The notes under the pieces: generated by a model
Database searches by the model: none
The model's input: the letters and a program-made list of their open reading frames with translations, nothing else
What the model was told of the DNA's origin: nothing
Translations under genes and position numbers: made by a program
NCBI RefSeq assembly: GCF_009914755.1
Contig: NC_060933.1
Origin: the human T2T-CHM13v2.0 reference genome, Homo sapiens
DNA length: 64,000 bases
Strand: one strand, 5' to 3'
Shown: piece by piece, positions 1-13,495 of the stretch
Layout of the letters: each line of letters opens with the position of its first letter
Numbering within the stretch: position 1 is the first letter of the stretch

Positions 1-360
1 CCAAATAGTTCTCATTACTAAAGATTGAATGATTTTACTTATGGCTGTCCAAGCAATTCCATTCTCTCCTGTTAGCTGTGAGCCTATTTGACTTACCCTT
101 TTGGCCTGAGGTGAATTTCAAATCTGTCAGTGTCACTGATTGGATAAACAACTTGCAGGGAAAGGAGGTTGTAACTGAGTCATTTGTTGATTATTTGTGG
201 ATTATAAGTTGTCTAGAGAGTAGAAAAAAGACTGAAAATGCTAGCCGTGAGCAAAAGTAGTTCATTCGTAAATTCAATCAACATTTATTAAGGTCCTCAA
301 TTAGGTGGTGGGAAAACAAGGTCAAATAAGTTAGTGCCCTGTCATTACAGGGCTTAGCAA

Positions 361-410
361 CAACTCAGTAGAGAAAGATATGTGACAACTCAGTAAAGAA
401 AGATAAGTGA
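361..410. repeat. 25-bp tandem duplication
   Basis: caactcagtagagaaagatatgtga followed directly by caactcagtaaagaaagataagtga (2 mismatches). Confidence 0.8.
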
Positions 411-417
411 ACACGTC

Positions 418-739
418 CAATCGTCCCTCAGTATCCATTGGGGATTGGTGTCAGGACCTCCTATGGATACTAAAATCTGTGGATTCTCAAGTCCTTTATA
501 TTAAATGGCATAGTATTTGCATATAACTTATGCACATCCTCCCTTATACTCTAAGTCATCTAATACAATGTAAATGCTATGTAAATAGTTATTATACTGT
601 ATTGTTTAAGGGACAATAACAAAAAAAGTCTGTACATGCTTAACACAGGTGAAATTTTTTTCCAAATATTTTTTATTCGAGGTTTATTGAATCTACATAT
701 GTGGAACCCATGAATGGGAGTCGGAGAAGGGGGCAACTG
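418..739 (+). mobile_element. MER2 (TcMar-Tigger non-autonomous DNA transposon)
   Basis: Starts caatcgtccctcagtatccattggggattgg, contains gtatttgcatataacttatgcacatcctcc, ends gggcaactg+TA; matches the recalled MER2 consensus and TIRs. Confidence 0.85.
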
Positions 740-809
740 TATACGCAAAAAGCTATCATAATTGCCAAAATAGTGATAACAATGTTGAAACACTACTGGG
801 ATTACTACT

Positions 810-1040
810 GTTAATGACTACCAGTGATCAAGCACCTCCCCTGCCCCAGGTACTGTCCCAAGTACTTTGTAAATACTGCCTTTTATGATATTTATAACAA
901 TTCTTTGTGGTCAGTCCAACTGTCATGCCTGTGTTAGAGGTGAGCCTCTGAGACCCAAATGCACACAGCTAGTTAATGGAGTAGCTAGAATTCACATCTA
1001 GGTCTTTCTAATTGCAAAGCTCATAATCCTGACAACCAAG
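810..1040 (-). mobile_element. MIR SINE, degraded
   Basis: caggtactgtcccaagtacttt...cacacagctagttaatggagtagctagaattcacatctaggtct resembles the antisense MIR core. Confidence 0.55.
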
Positions 1041-2764
1041 CCATGGTAGAGATTCCAACAGAGTAAGGTGGAGCTTGAAAAGGAGGAAGGAATTAATTTT
1101 GCTGGGGGTACTACAGCAGGGAGTGGAAGTTAGGAGCGGGGGAAGTAGGAGGAAGAGTAAGGAAGGTCTTTAAAAGGAGGTGACCCTCCATGGAAGCTCA
1201 ACTTCCTGGAGAAAAACTTCTCAGAAGAAAATGTATGATGTGCAGTTCTTTAGCATATTATCTAATATGAAGGAGTAGGGGGGATAGAGGCAGAATGGTA
1301 TCTGAACTGGCCCAGTGGCCCCCCTCCCCGCCCCTGCCAAGAAAACTGCAAGTTCCAATGCAATTGGGACATCAGGGACCTGGGAGAATTATTAGAGCTG
1401 TTTATTTTGCCAAAGTACATACTTGAAATCTCATGCATCAAAAGTTTTCTCTGAATACAAAATACTGTGATTGTCTACATTAGACCAAGGAAACATTATA
1501 TTCAAAGAGAAGGAGAGAAGTTTGAACATACTTATTTAGCATATGAAAGTGGGTGTTCGTGCCAAAAATAATTCTGTGTGGTAGAAACCTACTTAGGCAG
1601 TGTCTAAACTAACACAGCAGAACATGTGATGTGAAGATTTGGTGGCTGTAATTCATGCCAACCAGATCCCCCACAACCAGATTTGGTCTGTGAGACCCTC
1701 CTCATCCAGCCTCTGCCTTGTTCTGTGGCCTTAGGCTCAGTGGTCTAACTTTTAGCACTCCACTTGCGCTATCGGGTTTTGCCATACAGTTCTAACAACT
1801 AAGTATTTTAACCAAGCTAAGGCCTGGACAACACTGAAATATAAGAGGTAAAATAAGATTTTGCTGTCTTTTGAATTATTCAAATATTAAATATTAATAT
1901 TATCAATCTGTAATTACTTGAATAATATTACTTTGTGAAGATTCTGTTTCTAGTAGATAAGGCCTTGAATACTTCTTTGAACTTTTTGAAAGTGTATACC
2001 TATTTTTTAAGTGTATACTTGTTTTTTAAAAACAGTGTTTGCCTGCCTTGTTTGAAGACACGAAAAAATGTACACAAAATGATTTAGAACTGTTGAACTT
2101 TTCAGAAAATAATTTAAAATCATCTACCTCATAACTAAAGGTATGTTTTTTTAAAATTACAAATCAATTTCAGCAAGTTTTAAAGTTGATAATATCTCAT
2201 CCTGTTTTGGGTATACCATGTACAGTAATTAGTACTGTACTTAATTAAAACGATCAGTAATTCTTATCATTTTAAAGAGGGCAAACTGAAGTGATCTTTT
2301 TTCAGTGGCAAGAAAACCCCCAACTCTCAGCATAGCCACATTAACCTTCTTTTCGTTCCACAAATTAGCCAAGCTCATTTCATTCCTCAAGTCTCTGCAC
2401 TTACTGTTTCTTCTTTTTGCTACATTCTTCCCAGAAATACTTGCTTTTCGTCTTTTGTATTTCATTCAGGTCAAATGTCAAATGTTCCTATTTCAGAAAA
2501 TGTGTCCCCCCCTACCCCTCACCAACTCACCCAGTTATGCAGACCAAAAACCTGGAAGGTTATTTACCAATTTTCCCAGTCCCCCCATATGTCATGTATC
2601 AGTCTGTCCTGTTGATTCTGTGTCTCAGTTCCATCTGGAATCTGACCATGTCCTGTCATTTCTATTGCTAAAACTCTAGTCTAAGCCACCATGCTCTTTC
2701 ATCTGTATTAGCACAACAACCCTTTCTCATTGCAACTTAGCTGGCCATACCTACTGCAGAAACT

Positions 2765-3350
2765 GGTACCTTGAAAGGGGATGTTGCTAGGATACAAACT
2801 TAATATGTTTATTTCTTTTGAGAACTGCCAGACTGTCCCAAAGTGCCTGAACCATTCTCTATTCCAACCAGCAATATATGAGGACTCTAGTTTCTCCACA
2901 TCTTCACCAACACTTGTTATTTTCCTTTTTGGTTAATAGCTATCCTAGTGGGTGTGAAGGGGTACCTCATTGTGGTTTTGATTTGTATTTCCTTAATGAC
3001 TAATGATGTTGAGCATCTTTTCAAGTGCTTGTTGGCTGCTTGTATAGCTTATTTGAAGAAGTGTTTCTTCAAGTCATTTGCCATTTAAAAAATTGGGTGT
3101 TTTTTTTTTTTTGCTGTTGAATTGTAAGAGTTCTGTATGTATTTTGGATACTAGACCCTTATCAAATCATAATTTGCAAATATTTTCTCCCATTCTGTGG
3201 GTTGTCTTTTCACTTTCTTGACAATGTCCTTTGATGCACAAAAGTTTTTATTTTTTATTAAGTCCATTTATTCATCTTCTTTTTTGCTTGTGCTTTTAGT
3301 ATCACATCTAAGAATCATTGTTAAATCCAAGATTCCTATGTTTTATTCTA
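2765..3350 (-). mobile_element. L1M (L1MB-like), inverted 5' segment of a 5'-inverted L1
   Basis: Antisense L1 ORF2 3' sequence (ctaatgatgttgagcatcttttc, tattttctcccattctgtgggttgtcttttcac). Confidence 0.8.
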
Positions 3351-3849
3351 AGAATTGGAAAATGGAGACTCAAAGAAATACATGTACACACATGATCATA
3401 GCAGCACTATTAACAATACTCAAAGGGTAAAAACAGCCCAATTGTCCATCAATGAATGGATGAATAAAATGTCGTTATGCATACAATGGAATTTTATTCA
3501 ATCATAAAAATAATGTTTTACCGATGTGTGCTACAACATGAAAAACCTTGAAAACATTCTGCTAAGTAAAGGAAGCCAGACACAAAAGTATGGCATAATT
3601 CCATTTACATGAAATGTCCAGAATGAGTAAATCCATAGAGATAGAATTCAGATTGATGGTTACCAAGGGCTGGGAGAAAGGAGAATAGGACAATTGCTTA
3701 ATGGGTATAGGGTTTCCTTTTGGGGTGATGAAATGTTTTAGAATTAGATAGAAGTGGTGGTTGCACAATATTCTCAATGTACTAAATGCCACTGAATTGT
3801 TCACTGTAAGATGGCTAATTTTACATTACGTGAGTTTCACTTGAAAAAA
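3351..3849 (+). mobile_element. L1M (L1MB-like) 3' end, sense segment
   Basis: catagcagcactattaacaata...tgtccatcaatgaatggat...ggttaccaagggctggg...short A tail; continues the L1 sequence where the inverted segment stops. Confidence 0.8.
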
Positions 3850-4162
3850 GCAAATTGCAAAGAACAAAGTAGAATCGCTTCATTTCCTCTCTGAAAGGTA
3901 ATACATTTAATATATTTTTATTTCTGCTTTTTCTATATTTCTTTTCAATTTTTTATATATTAGAATTTTAGATACACAGTATTTTTTTATAGTATATGTC
4001 TTCTATTTTAAGACTTATTGTTGATATTTGCATTATGCTTAATATTCACATTAACAATAATTATTTAGACTTATTTGTAGTTTTCTGATTTCATTGTTCA
4101 TCTTTGATGAAAATACTACGCCTTCCTCATTCTTGAATATGTTATAGTATTTCTTTGAACAA

Positions 4163-4487
4163 TTTTTTTTGTTTCTTTTGTTTTGTTTTGTTTTGTTTCT
4201 TTGAGACAGAGTCTCACTCTGTTACCCAGGCTGGAGTGTAATGGCACGATCTTGGCTCACTGAAATTTCTGCCTTCCCGGTTCAACCGATTCTCCTGCCT
4301 CAGTCTCCCAAGTAGTTGGTATTATAGGCACACACCACCATAACCGGCTAATTTTTATTTTTAGTAGAGATGGGGTTTCGCTCTGTTGGCCAGGCTGGTC
4401 TCGAACTCCTGGCCTCAAGTGATCCACTCATGCTGGCCTCCCAAAGTGCTGAGATTAGATTACAGGTGTGAGTCACCATGCTTGGCC
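4163..4487 (-). mobile_element. Alu (AluS/J), full length
   Basis: Antisense dimer with (TTTTG)n tail; TSD ctttgaacaa (4153-4162) / ctttgagcaa (4488-4497). Confidence 0.95.
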
Positions 4488-5459
4488 CTTTGAGCAATGT
4501 TTGAAAGAAGAGTATATATGTGAAACTCTACTTGAAGACTTTAATTTCTGAGGATGACTTTCACTTGCTTTCACTTGACTGTTTCATTAGATGTAAAACT
4601 CTTAGGACACCCAGAAAGATGGAGTGGATGTACTTTTCCCTATTCTTCATGTCAGAAAGCCAAAATCAAACAAACACAAACCTAAAATATCAAGAGACAG
4701 AATACTTTAATGAAGTATTTTAAAAAATAAAAATTATGCTAAAATCTATGATAGACAAAATATAAAAATTTGAAATAGAGTTTGACAAGGCAAGATTAGG
4801 GTGGGGTGAGTCATACAGGTGCAACATCAGATCTCCCCAATTTAAAATTTTAGTATTTCATCCAGCATGAATTATAATTCATTACATTTCATTTAATTCT
4901 TATTTTTAAAAATTGCAGTAAATATTGTTTCTCCTGATTACTGAATTTTTGGGTGTTCATTAAAATTTTGCACCTCAGGACTTCATTCACCTTACTTTAA
5001 TCCTGCTTAGAGCACATTTTTTATCCTCAAAACTCCCTAGGTTTTGCTCTGATGTAGTGGCTGTCAAATTTGGCTTCACACTAGAATTTAAATGTTATTC
5101 GATAAATTTAATATCCACACTCTTTGCTCAGACAAGTTAAGCCAGACTCACCATTAGTGAAGCAAGATTTTAAAAATCTTTCTAGGAGATTCTAATTTGC
5201 AGTTGGGGTTGTAAACTACAACCTTATTTTTTTATTCCTATAGAGTTCAGTGATAAGGAATATTGATCATCTAGTCAGAATGCATCAGTTCAGCTCTTGG
5301 CTTTGTGTCCTTGAGTAAGTTATTTAGCATTTCTGATACTTAAATTCCCATCTCATGGCATGGTCCTGAAGATTCAAGGAAAAATCACATGCAAACCTTA
5401 AGCACTGTGCCTGGATCTTAGCAACCATAAATGCTTGCCATTAAGATATTGCTGGTGCT

Positions 5460-5754
<295 letters not shown>

Positions 5755-5960
5755 AAGATATTCTGGTGCTGAAGATGGAAACAGGAAAAAGCAGTAGCTA
5801 CGATTTAGTATTGTAGAGGAGAATCTTTTGCCAGTATGAAATCTTTTGCTATATCCTCTCAAAAATATGTTTCCAAAGGATTTGTCTCCATGTCTGTCTT
5901 TATTTATTTTGCCTCATATTCAGTGAGCCTATTTGCTTTAACAACACAAATGCTTTAGTT

Positions 5961-6144
5961 CAAATTTGTCCAACCTGCAGCCCACAGGACAGCTTCAAAT
6001 GCAGCCCAACATAAATGATTTTTTGGCCCCTTTTTTTTTTTTTTAGTTTATCAGCTATCATTAGTATTAGTGTATTTTATGTATGGCCCAAGACAATTCT
6101 TCTTCCAGTATGGTCCAGGGAAGCCAAAAGATTGGACACCCCTG
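5961..6144 (-). mobile_element. MER30 (hAT-Charlie)
   Basis: Ends ccagggaagccaaaagattggacacccctg; flanked by ctttagtt / cttttagtt (about 8-bp hAT TSD). Confidence 0.85.
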
Positions 6145-6544
6145 CTTTTAGTTCAATACATTTTTTTTCTATTATAACTTTGATTACTTTCTCACTCTCT
6201 GTTTTGTTTTCTCCTTTTGGTAATATATATAGCTCTCTTTCTCACTAACTCTATAATCTTTTTTCTTCAATTTCTTGGAGAAGTTTTTAATTTTGTGTTT
6301 TTGATGTAAAAACACATATGCACAGTTTTACAAGTCAAAAGCTAAAAGCTTTTGAAAAAAATGGCAGTATCTCATATATTACTTGTATTTATTCTCTTCA
6401 GAAGTCACTTTAAAGTATTATCTTTTCTTCTGGCATTACCTTTTTAAATAGCATGTTTTAAAATAGAAATTTTCATGGTTTTTATTTATTTTTTGAATAT
6501 GTAACACATTAACTTTGTTCAAAAGTTAAATAAATACAAATTTC

Positions 6545-7425
6545 TAGATTCTTCATATTGACCTTAGTAATAATTTCCTGAATATGACACCAAAAGCACA
6601 GGCAACAAAAGCAAAAATAAATAAATGGGACTACATCAACCTAAAAAGCTGCTGCACAGCAAAGGAAACAACAGAATGAAGAGGCAACCTGTGGAATGGG
6701 AGAAAATATTTGCAAATCATACATCTGATTAAAAGTTAATATTTAAAATATATGAGTTAGTTCTACAACTCAATAGCAGAAAAACAATCTGACTTTTAAA
6801 ATGGGCAGAAGACCCGAATAGACACTTTGTAAAAAAACATAAATAATCTTAAACAAATATATAAAAAAGTACTCAATATTATTAATTATAAGGGAAATGC
6901 AAATTAAAACCACAATGAAGTAATACCTCACACCTTTTGGATGGCTATTATCAAAAAAATAGGGAAAAGGAAACTCTTGTACACCTTTTTCTGGAACTAT
7001 AAATTGATATAGCCACAGTGGAAAACAGAGCAGTTCCTCAAAAACTTAAAAAAAGAACTACCAGATGATCCAGCAATCCCTCTTCTTGGTATATACCCTG
7101 CAAAACTGAAACCAAATTCTCCAAGAGCTGTCTGCACACTCACATTCAATATGGTATTATTTACAATAGCAAAGACACAGAAACAACTTAAATGTCCATG
7201 AACAGATAAATAGACAAAGAAAATGTGATACATACATACAATGGAATATTATTCAGCCTTAAAAAGGGGGTTGACTTAATGCTTAAAAAAGAAGGAAATC
7301 CTGTCATTTGCCACATGGATGAAGCTGAGAGACATTATATCAAACAAAATAAGCCAGACACAGAAGAACAAATATTCTGTGATACCACTAATATCAGTAA
7401 TTTAAAATAGCAAACTTGTAGCAGA
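6545..7425 (+). mobile_element. L1M (L1MA/MB) ORF2 end and 3' fragment
   Basis: atatgacaccaaaagcacaggcaacaaaagcaaaaataaataaatgggactacatc...gatccagcaatccctcttcttggtatataccc. Confidence 0.85.
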
Positions 7426-8471
7426 GATCAGGCATATAAGGTTCTTTTACACAAGTTTCTTTTTTAGGTGGAAGTTTCTCTCCCATTCCCCTCCCATCTG
7501 CCCATTACCACTGTTACTACCAACAATATTTAATTACCTTTATTGTATTTTGTGTACCTTCCACAGTTTTTTTCATGCAAGTAAAAGCAAATATAACATG
7601 TATTTTTCTTTTTCTGAAAGTTAACTTGGGCATCACTGTTTCTCTTTGCTGCAATATGTTCTCAGCCTCTCCCTGCCATTACTAGGGTTTCAAATTACAC
7701 AATTATATTCTTATCTCAAGTTGCATTTCCCTCTCGCCTGACTGCTTATTTAATAGTTTTCTAAATCCTATCAAGAATATTAATTCCAGACTTTCTTAAG
7801 TTTATTTCCAGACATATTTCACATAATAATTCTGTTTCTTGAGAGGATATTGTTTCTGATTCCTTAAAACCTTTAGAAGACATTTTTAATTTCTGTGCCT
7901 GGCACTTTGTGTCCATTTGCTCATTCCTGCAGAAAGAAAATTTTGTATTTTACCTTTTTGGAAAACTAAGAAATGTTTTTAAGGCATTGAGTGGTGTAGG
8001 TAAAGAGAGAAGGGAAAAGATTAGATTTTCTGTAATTTTATTTCACTAACACAAAATTTCAGAAAATGAAAAGAAATAAGGAAGGAGTCAGAGCTAGAGG
8101 CAGTGTCACCTGGGTTCCAAAGAGTTCTTTTTTCCTGTTTGTCACTGGTTTCCCAGCTGGTTCTGAGACTCCCACCTCCCCTTGGCATAACTGCCTCTTC
8201 AAATTCCCTGCTTATTGCCTGATCCTACTTTCAGACATCAGGATAATTGGGAGTGAGTGTGTTCATGGGGTCCTTACTCCAAGTGACCTTCAGTGCCTGC
8301 TAGGATCAAACTTTTCCTACAAATGCTGTGTTATAGACTGACCTTAGCTCTGGCACTTAGAAGTTGGTGAGATTCTGCTGAGAAAATGGCACCTTCTCAT
8401 GCAGTGAACTGTGATTGGCAGACTTTTTCCTCAATCTGCCCTGTTTCCCAGACATCTCACAGAAATTCCTC

Positions 8472-8711
8472 AAGATTTTTAGTATACGTATGACATTCTT
8501 AAATAGTCCCTTGCACAGGTATTTCTTCTTTGTTTTTGTATTGGTGTGACAGTTCAAAGGAGATCTGAAAGTGAAGGATAGATGCGTGCTTAAGATTTTT
8601 AGTATATGTATGACATTCTTAAATAGTCCCTTGCACAGGTATTTCTTCTTTGTTTTTGTTTTGGTGTGGCAGTTCGAAGCGGATCTGAAAGTGAAGGATA
8701 GATGTGTGCTT
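8472..8711. repeat. 120-bp x2 tandem duplication of unique sequence
   Basis: 8472-8591 vs 8592-8711; 7 mismatches counted by eye (about 94% identity). Confidence 0.95.
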
Positions 8712-9389
8712 TCCACACTTGTCATTTAGAACCCATAGTGACTTTCTTAGTTTTCCTCTATCTAGATGTGTATTATTTAGTCACAAGTATATAAACTGAA
8801 CATTTAAGCTTCTGTGTTGACATCATGGAAGGCAGCTTTGATCTCCCACAGAAAGTCCCTGAAAGCCCCTGATAGCCACACTGCTGGTGAAGTACGAGGA
8901 TGGGCTTAATGCTACATATAACTTTTGACTCCATTAGGCATATTCATAGATGGGGAAGTTTAATTTCTTTCTCACATGCTCCTTAAGAACTTCTGTTATT
9001 ATCCATTAATTTTTCCCCTCCTCCCTCTGTATAAATAATTTCACATCTCTACTCTGAGGCTTCTCTAAGGACTCTCACTTCATCATCACTTCCCAGTTTA
9101 TCACATCTCTCACTTAATTCGTGAACATTTTTATTCATTCATTTATTCATTCCCTGAGTGTTTACTGAGTACAGGGAATAGCATTAGAGAGTGAAAAATG
9201 AGCCAATTTTCCATATCCTCAGGGATCCCACAGGTTAAATCTAACATGTTAGGAAGATGTTGCAGCTGGAGAATCTTATGGAAATAAGGGGAGGGGAAGA
9301 CAAGGAGGATGATAGTGTGCACGTCTCTAGCATCTGTACTTTATCTGTGCAATCTTATTTTACACTGATGACATGGTGATGATAGCGAT

Positions 9390-9870
9390 AGTTATTTTTA
9401 AATGTTTGTTATTTAACACAGGTTTTGTGCTAAATTCAATATCCATTAACTTACATCATTTCATGATTCCCTTATGAAATATTCATTGTCATATTCCAAT
9501 TTTACAGGTGAAGGAAATGAAGTAGAAGGATGTTACATACCTTGTTCAAAGTGACATAGCTGAGTCTGCTTGGACTGTGGTTCAAGCCATGCAGCCTAAC
9601 TCTAGAACCCATGCTTTGCTACCTGACTTTCCAGACGTAGGAGGCAAATACCATAATCAGCTCCTTGTTTAGAGGTGTAGGAATTGAGGCCCAGAAAAAA
9701 TAAGTAACTTGTCCAAAATATGTAGTGAAATTGGTACTTGAACTTTTGTCTGTCTTTCAACTACACTACCACCTCTAAATGCTCAAATTCAGATCATTTT
9801 AGATTTAAGGACTAGAAATAGCCTTGGAGATCATGTTATTAAATAATTACTCATTTTACAGATAATCTGT
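9390..9870 (-). mobile_element. Cluster of MIR fragments
   Basis: Repeated MIR core motifs: ttttacaggtgaaggaaatgaag, gaattgaggcccaga...gtaacttgtccaa, cattttacagat. Confidence 0.5.
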
Positions 9871-9970
9871 AATCACTAAAATCGTTTACCTAAAGCAGTC
9901 AGGAACAGGTTCTATACAGCAAAGCAACTTAACATACAAAGGAAAATTATTGTTTGAAATATTATTTCTA

Positions 9971-10268
<298 letters not shown>

Positions 10269-11019
10269 GAAATATTACTTCTATTTAATATTTAAGAAAA
10301 CAAAATGAGGAATTCAATTCTTGATGGCAACACAGCTCTTGCTAGTAACTTAAATGCCTCATTGTTTCTCTGCAACAAGAGGAAAACTTGGGAAAGGATT
10401 CTGTAGGCACTGAGACCATCATAAGGAATTGCAGGACCCAGAGATTTTCATGAAAGTGAAATTGCTCATAGGAAATCAAAGCAAATGGCCTTAAGAGTGG
10501 CATCCAGTGGACCGTCCTCTGAAAAGTGACCCACAATTCTGCATGAATCTTCCCAGGACACTGAATTGGAGCCAGCTGATGTAAGGAGCTTACCTTGGTT
10601 GTCACCTTCTGGTCTCTGTTTGAGGAACAACTGCATGTGATTAAGGGTAACAGATACAGAATTTGTGTTAAGCCCAGGATGTAATTTGTTGAATGAGTAG
10701 CAATTGACTTGAAAATTGGATGGATGGGGATTGTGTTTCTTTACTCTCTCTCTCTTTTCTTTCTCCCTCTCAATATGGCTAGATTAAATCATCTTTAGTC
10801 TAGTCAAATCAGTGCTTGCTGTTGTTAAGAAGGATATTCTTGAGGTATAGTACTTCAGGGATGCTAATTGGGATTTGAGCAGGATGAAATTTCTACCCAG
10901 GCGTGTGCATCGTATACTGGAGATGGCAAAAACTGGTTCCAAATGAGGGTGTGTTTGTGTTCCTAGGCATTTTCCTATAGGGGCCAAAAAGATGCAAAAT
11001 CTTCTTTTCTAAAGCTTTT

Positions 11020-11190
11020 GGTGGTTCTCAAGCTTGTCTACACAATGGAATCACCTGGAGAATTTGGAAAACCAAAAATACTGATACCACTGATCCTACC
11101 CAACAGATTCTATTTTAATTGGTATGGAGTATGGCCTCAGCACTGATATTTTTTAAATTTTCTGAGGCGATCCTAATGTGCAGCAAAGCA
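11020..11190. mobile_element. MER5-like (hAT-Charlie)
   Basis: gtggttctcaagctt...gaatcacctggaga...cagattctattttaattggtatggag...gatcctaatgtgcagc. Confidence 0.6.
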
Positions 11191-11714
11191 CCGTCAAGCC
11201 CCCTCTCTCTGAGGAGGCACCAGCTGCAAGCATGTTTTACACCAATATGTTTGCTGAATATAAACATCCCAGTGCAAACTCTTGCACCCCAGAACTCTGG
11301 GCTGCTTGTGGACAGTCTTTGGCAAAGTCTGAATTTATAAACTGATAATACATATAATTCCATAGGCTCCATATGGTTCGTGTTATCCTGGGGGGAACTA
11401 TACACATTTGCCTTGCCCCAGGATGGAAAGATAAATAACAGATGTGGATAATTTTTATCATACTTGTACTGAACAATAATAAAAAAATTAGAAATGAAGG
11501 AGCAGAGAGAGAAGTAAAACTCATGAAAACAAAGCTCAAATCAATTATTCTACGTTATATCTTTGCATTTTTAAGAATCCAAATACACAGTAGTACTCCA
11601 TAGAAAAACCTGTCATACAGTTCTCCATTTCTAAGGGAGACTATCTCTAGAGTGATGAGACATAATATTAAAATTGTATGTTAATAAAGTTAATCAATTT
11701 GTTATTAGTGATAA

Positions 11715-11945
11715 AAAGTAAAATCTACATAGAGCTTACTGTGTACCAGACACTGTTCTAAGCACTATACAAGTATTAACTTATTTAACCCTCATTATAA
11801 TCCTGAGACAAATCCTATTATTATCCTTATTTTACAGATGAAGAAACTGAGACCCCAAGAATTTAAGTAATTTGTTCAAGGCAACACACTGCTATGTGGT
11901 AGAACTACAAATTGAGCCCAAATAATTCAGCTTCAGATACTATGC
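11715..11945 (-). mobile_element. MIR
   Basis: gagcttactgtgtaccagacactgttctaagcac...attttacagatgaagaaactgagaccc...gtaatttgttcaagg. Confidence 0.8.
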
Positions 11946-12427
11946 AAAGGTATCCTAGGTGTGGGGGTGATAACCTGGTGACAATCCCTTCTCAGAAGGA
12001 AAACAGGTCCCATCTACAGAGGTGAAGCAAAGAGTGTGGAACTGAAAAACTCAATGGAAGAATGGCTATTAAGATTTAGGACGGCTGGGAAATAATAAAG
12101 TAATAATAATAATACTAGGTATTGACGTGTGCTACATGCCAGGCCTTGGGTGACATTTGGATTGATTCCCATTTTCTTTACTTTTCAGCAGTGGGGTCTT
12201 TCACCTTTCAAGCTCTGCCTGAGAAGTCAACATGGTGGCATTTGGCTAGGTTCTTTTAGGCAATGGAAAAAATAAAACCCATTTATCTAGCTTATATATT
12301 TTTAAGGTTTTACTATGGAATACAGCATGCATAAATAGTGAATGCACGTGAATGTGTGTAATGTGTGTATATACTCTTTAAATAATAATTATTGAACATC
12401 CATAAATTCATTACTAATATGTTGGAT

Positions 12428-12650
12428 CGGGGGTTGGCAGATTTATGGGCCTCAGGCCACATCCAGCCCACGGCCTGTTTTTGTAAATAAAACTTTACTG
12501 GGACTCAGCCATGGCCATTTATTTACATATTATCTGTCTTGCTTTCTTGTTACAAGAGTAAAATTGAGTAGTTGCAACAGAGACATATGGCCCACAAAGC
12601 CAAAAATAGATACTGTCTGGCCCTTTATAGAAAGCATTTGCAGACTTCTG
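12428..12650 (+). mobile_element. MER58A (hAT-Charlie)
   Basis: cgggggttggcaga...gcctgtttttgtaaataaaactttactggga...ctggccctttatagaaagcatttgcagacttctg. Confidence 0.85.
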
Positions 12651-13495
12651 CCGTAGATATCTCTTCTTGATCCCATTCCCTCTTCCATCGCCAGGGGCAG
12701 CCACTCCCCTATACTCTGTACCAATCTTTCCTTTTAAGAAAATTAATTGTTTAGTTTCACATATTTGACTCTAATATAAATAAAATTATGGGCAATTCGT
12801 TCTTTATGTTTTTGAGATTCATCAATTTGATGTATAAGGCTGAAGTTCGTTGGCTTTTATTGCTGATTGATAGTCTATTACCTGAGACTATCTCTGTTCA
12901 TTCAGTCTATTGTTTGATGGTTATTTTTGCTGTTTCCAGTTTTCTGCTATTTTGAATAGAGCTATAGAAACATTCTTAGTATGACCTCCGGTGAACATGT
13001 ACACGATATTCCCTGGTATGCTTCCTGGAATTGCTGAGTGAAAGAGGATGTGCATATTTACATACCCAATGTCAATGCCCTATCTGAACTATTTTCCAAG
13101 TGGTTGAACCAAGTTATATTCTCACCTGCATTATATGAGAGTTTCTCTAACTCTATAACTTCACCAACACTTACTAACTTTCTAAATGTTTGCCAATCTG
13201 GGATGTGAGAAATGGTATCTCATTAGATTTTAGTTTGTTTCCCTTAGGAATATAATCTGCCGCTTTCTGTTTATGAACCACTCATGTTTCTTTTTCTGTG
13301 AAATAGCTGTTTATGTCTTTTCCCATTTCTCTGTTTTTGCCTAATATTAATTTATGTAAACTTGTTTTACATTCTGGATATAAGATTGTTGTCAATAATT
13401 TGTGTGATATATGTCCTTTTCCAGCTTGGACTTCTCTTGTCATTTTCTTGTGGTCATGTTTTGATTGACAGACTTTTAAAAATATATGTAATCTA

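Noticed and set aside
8357-8725. 122-aa ORF with an internal 40-aa repeat
   Set aside because: Artefact of the 120-bp tandem duplication, whose period is divisible by 3
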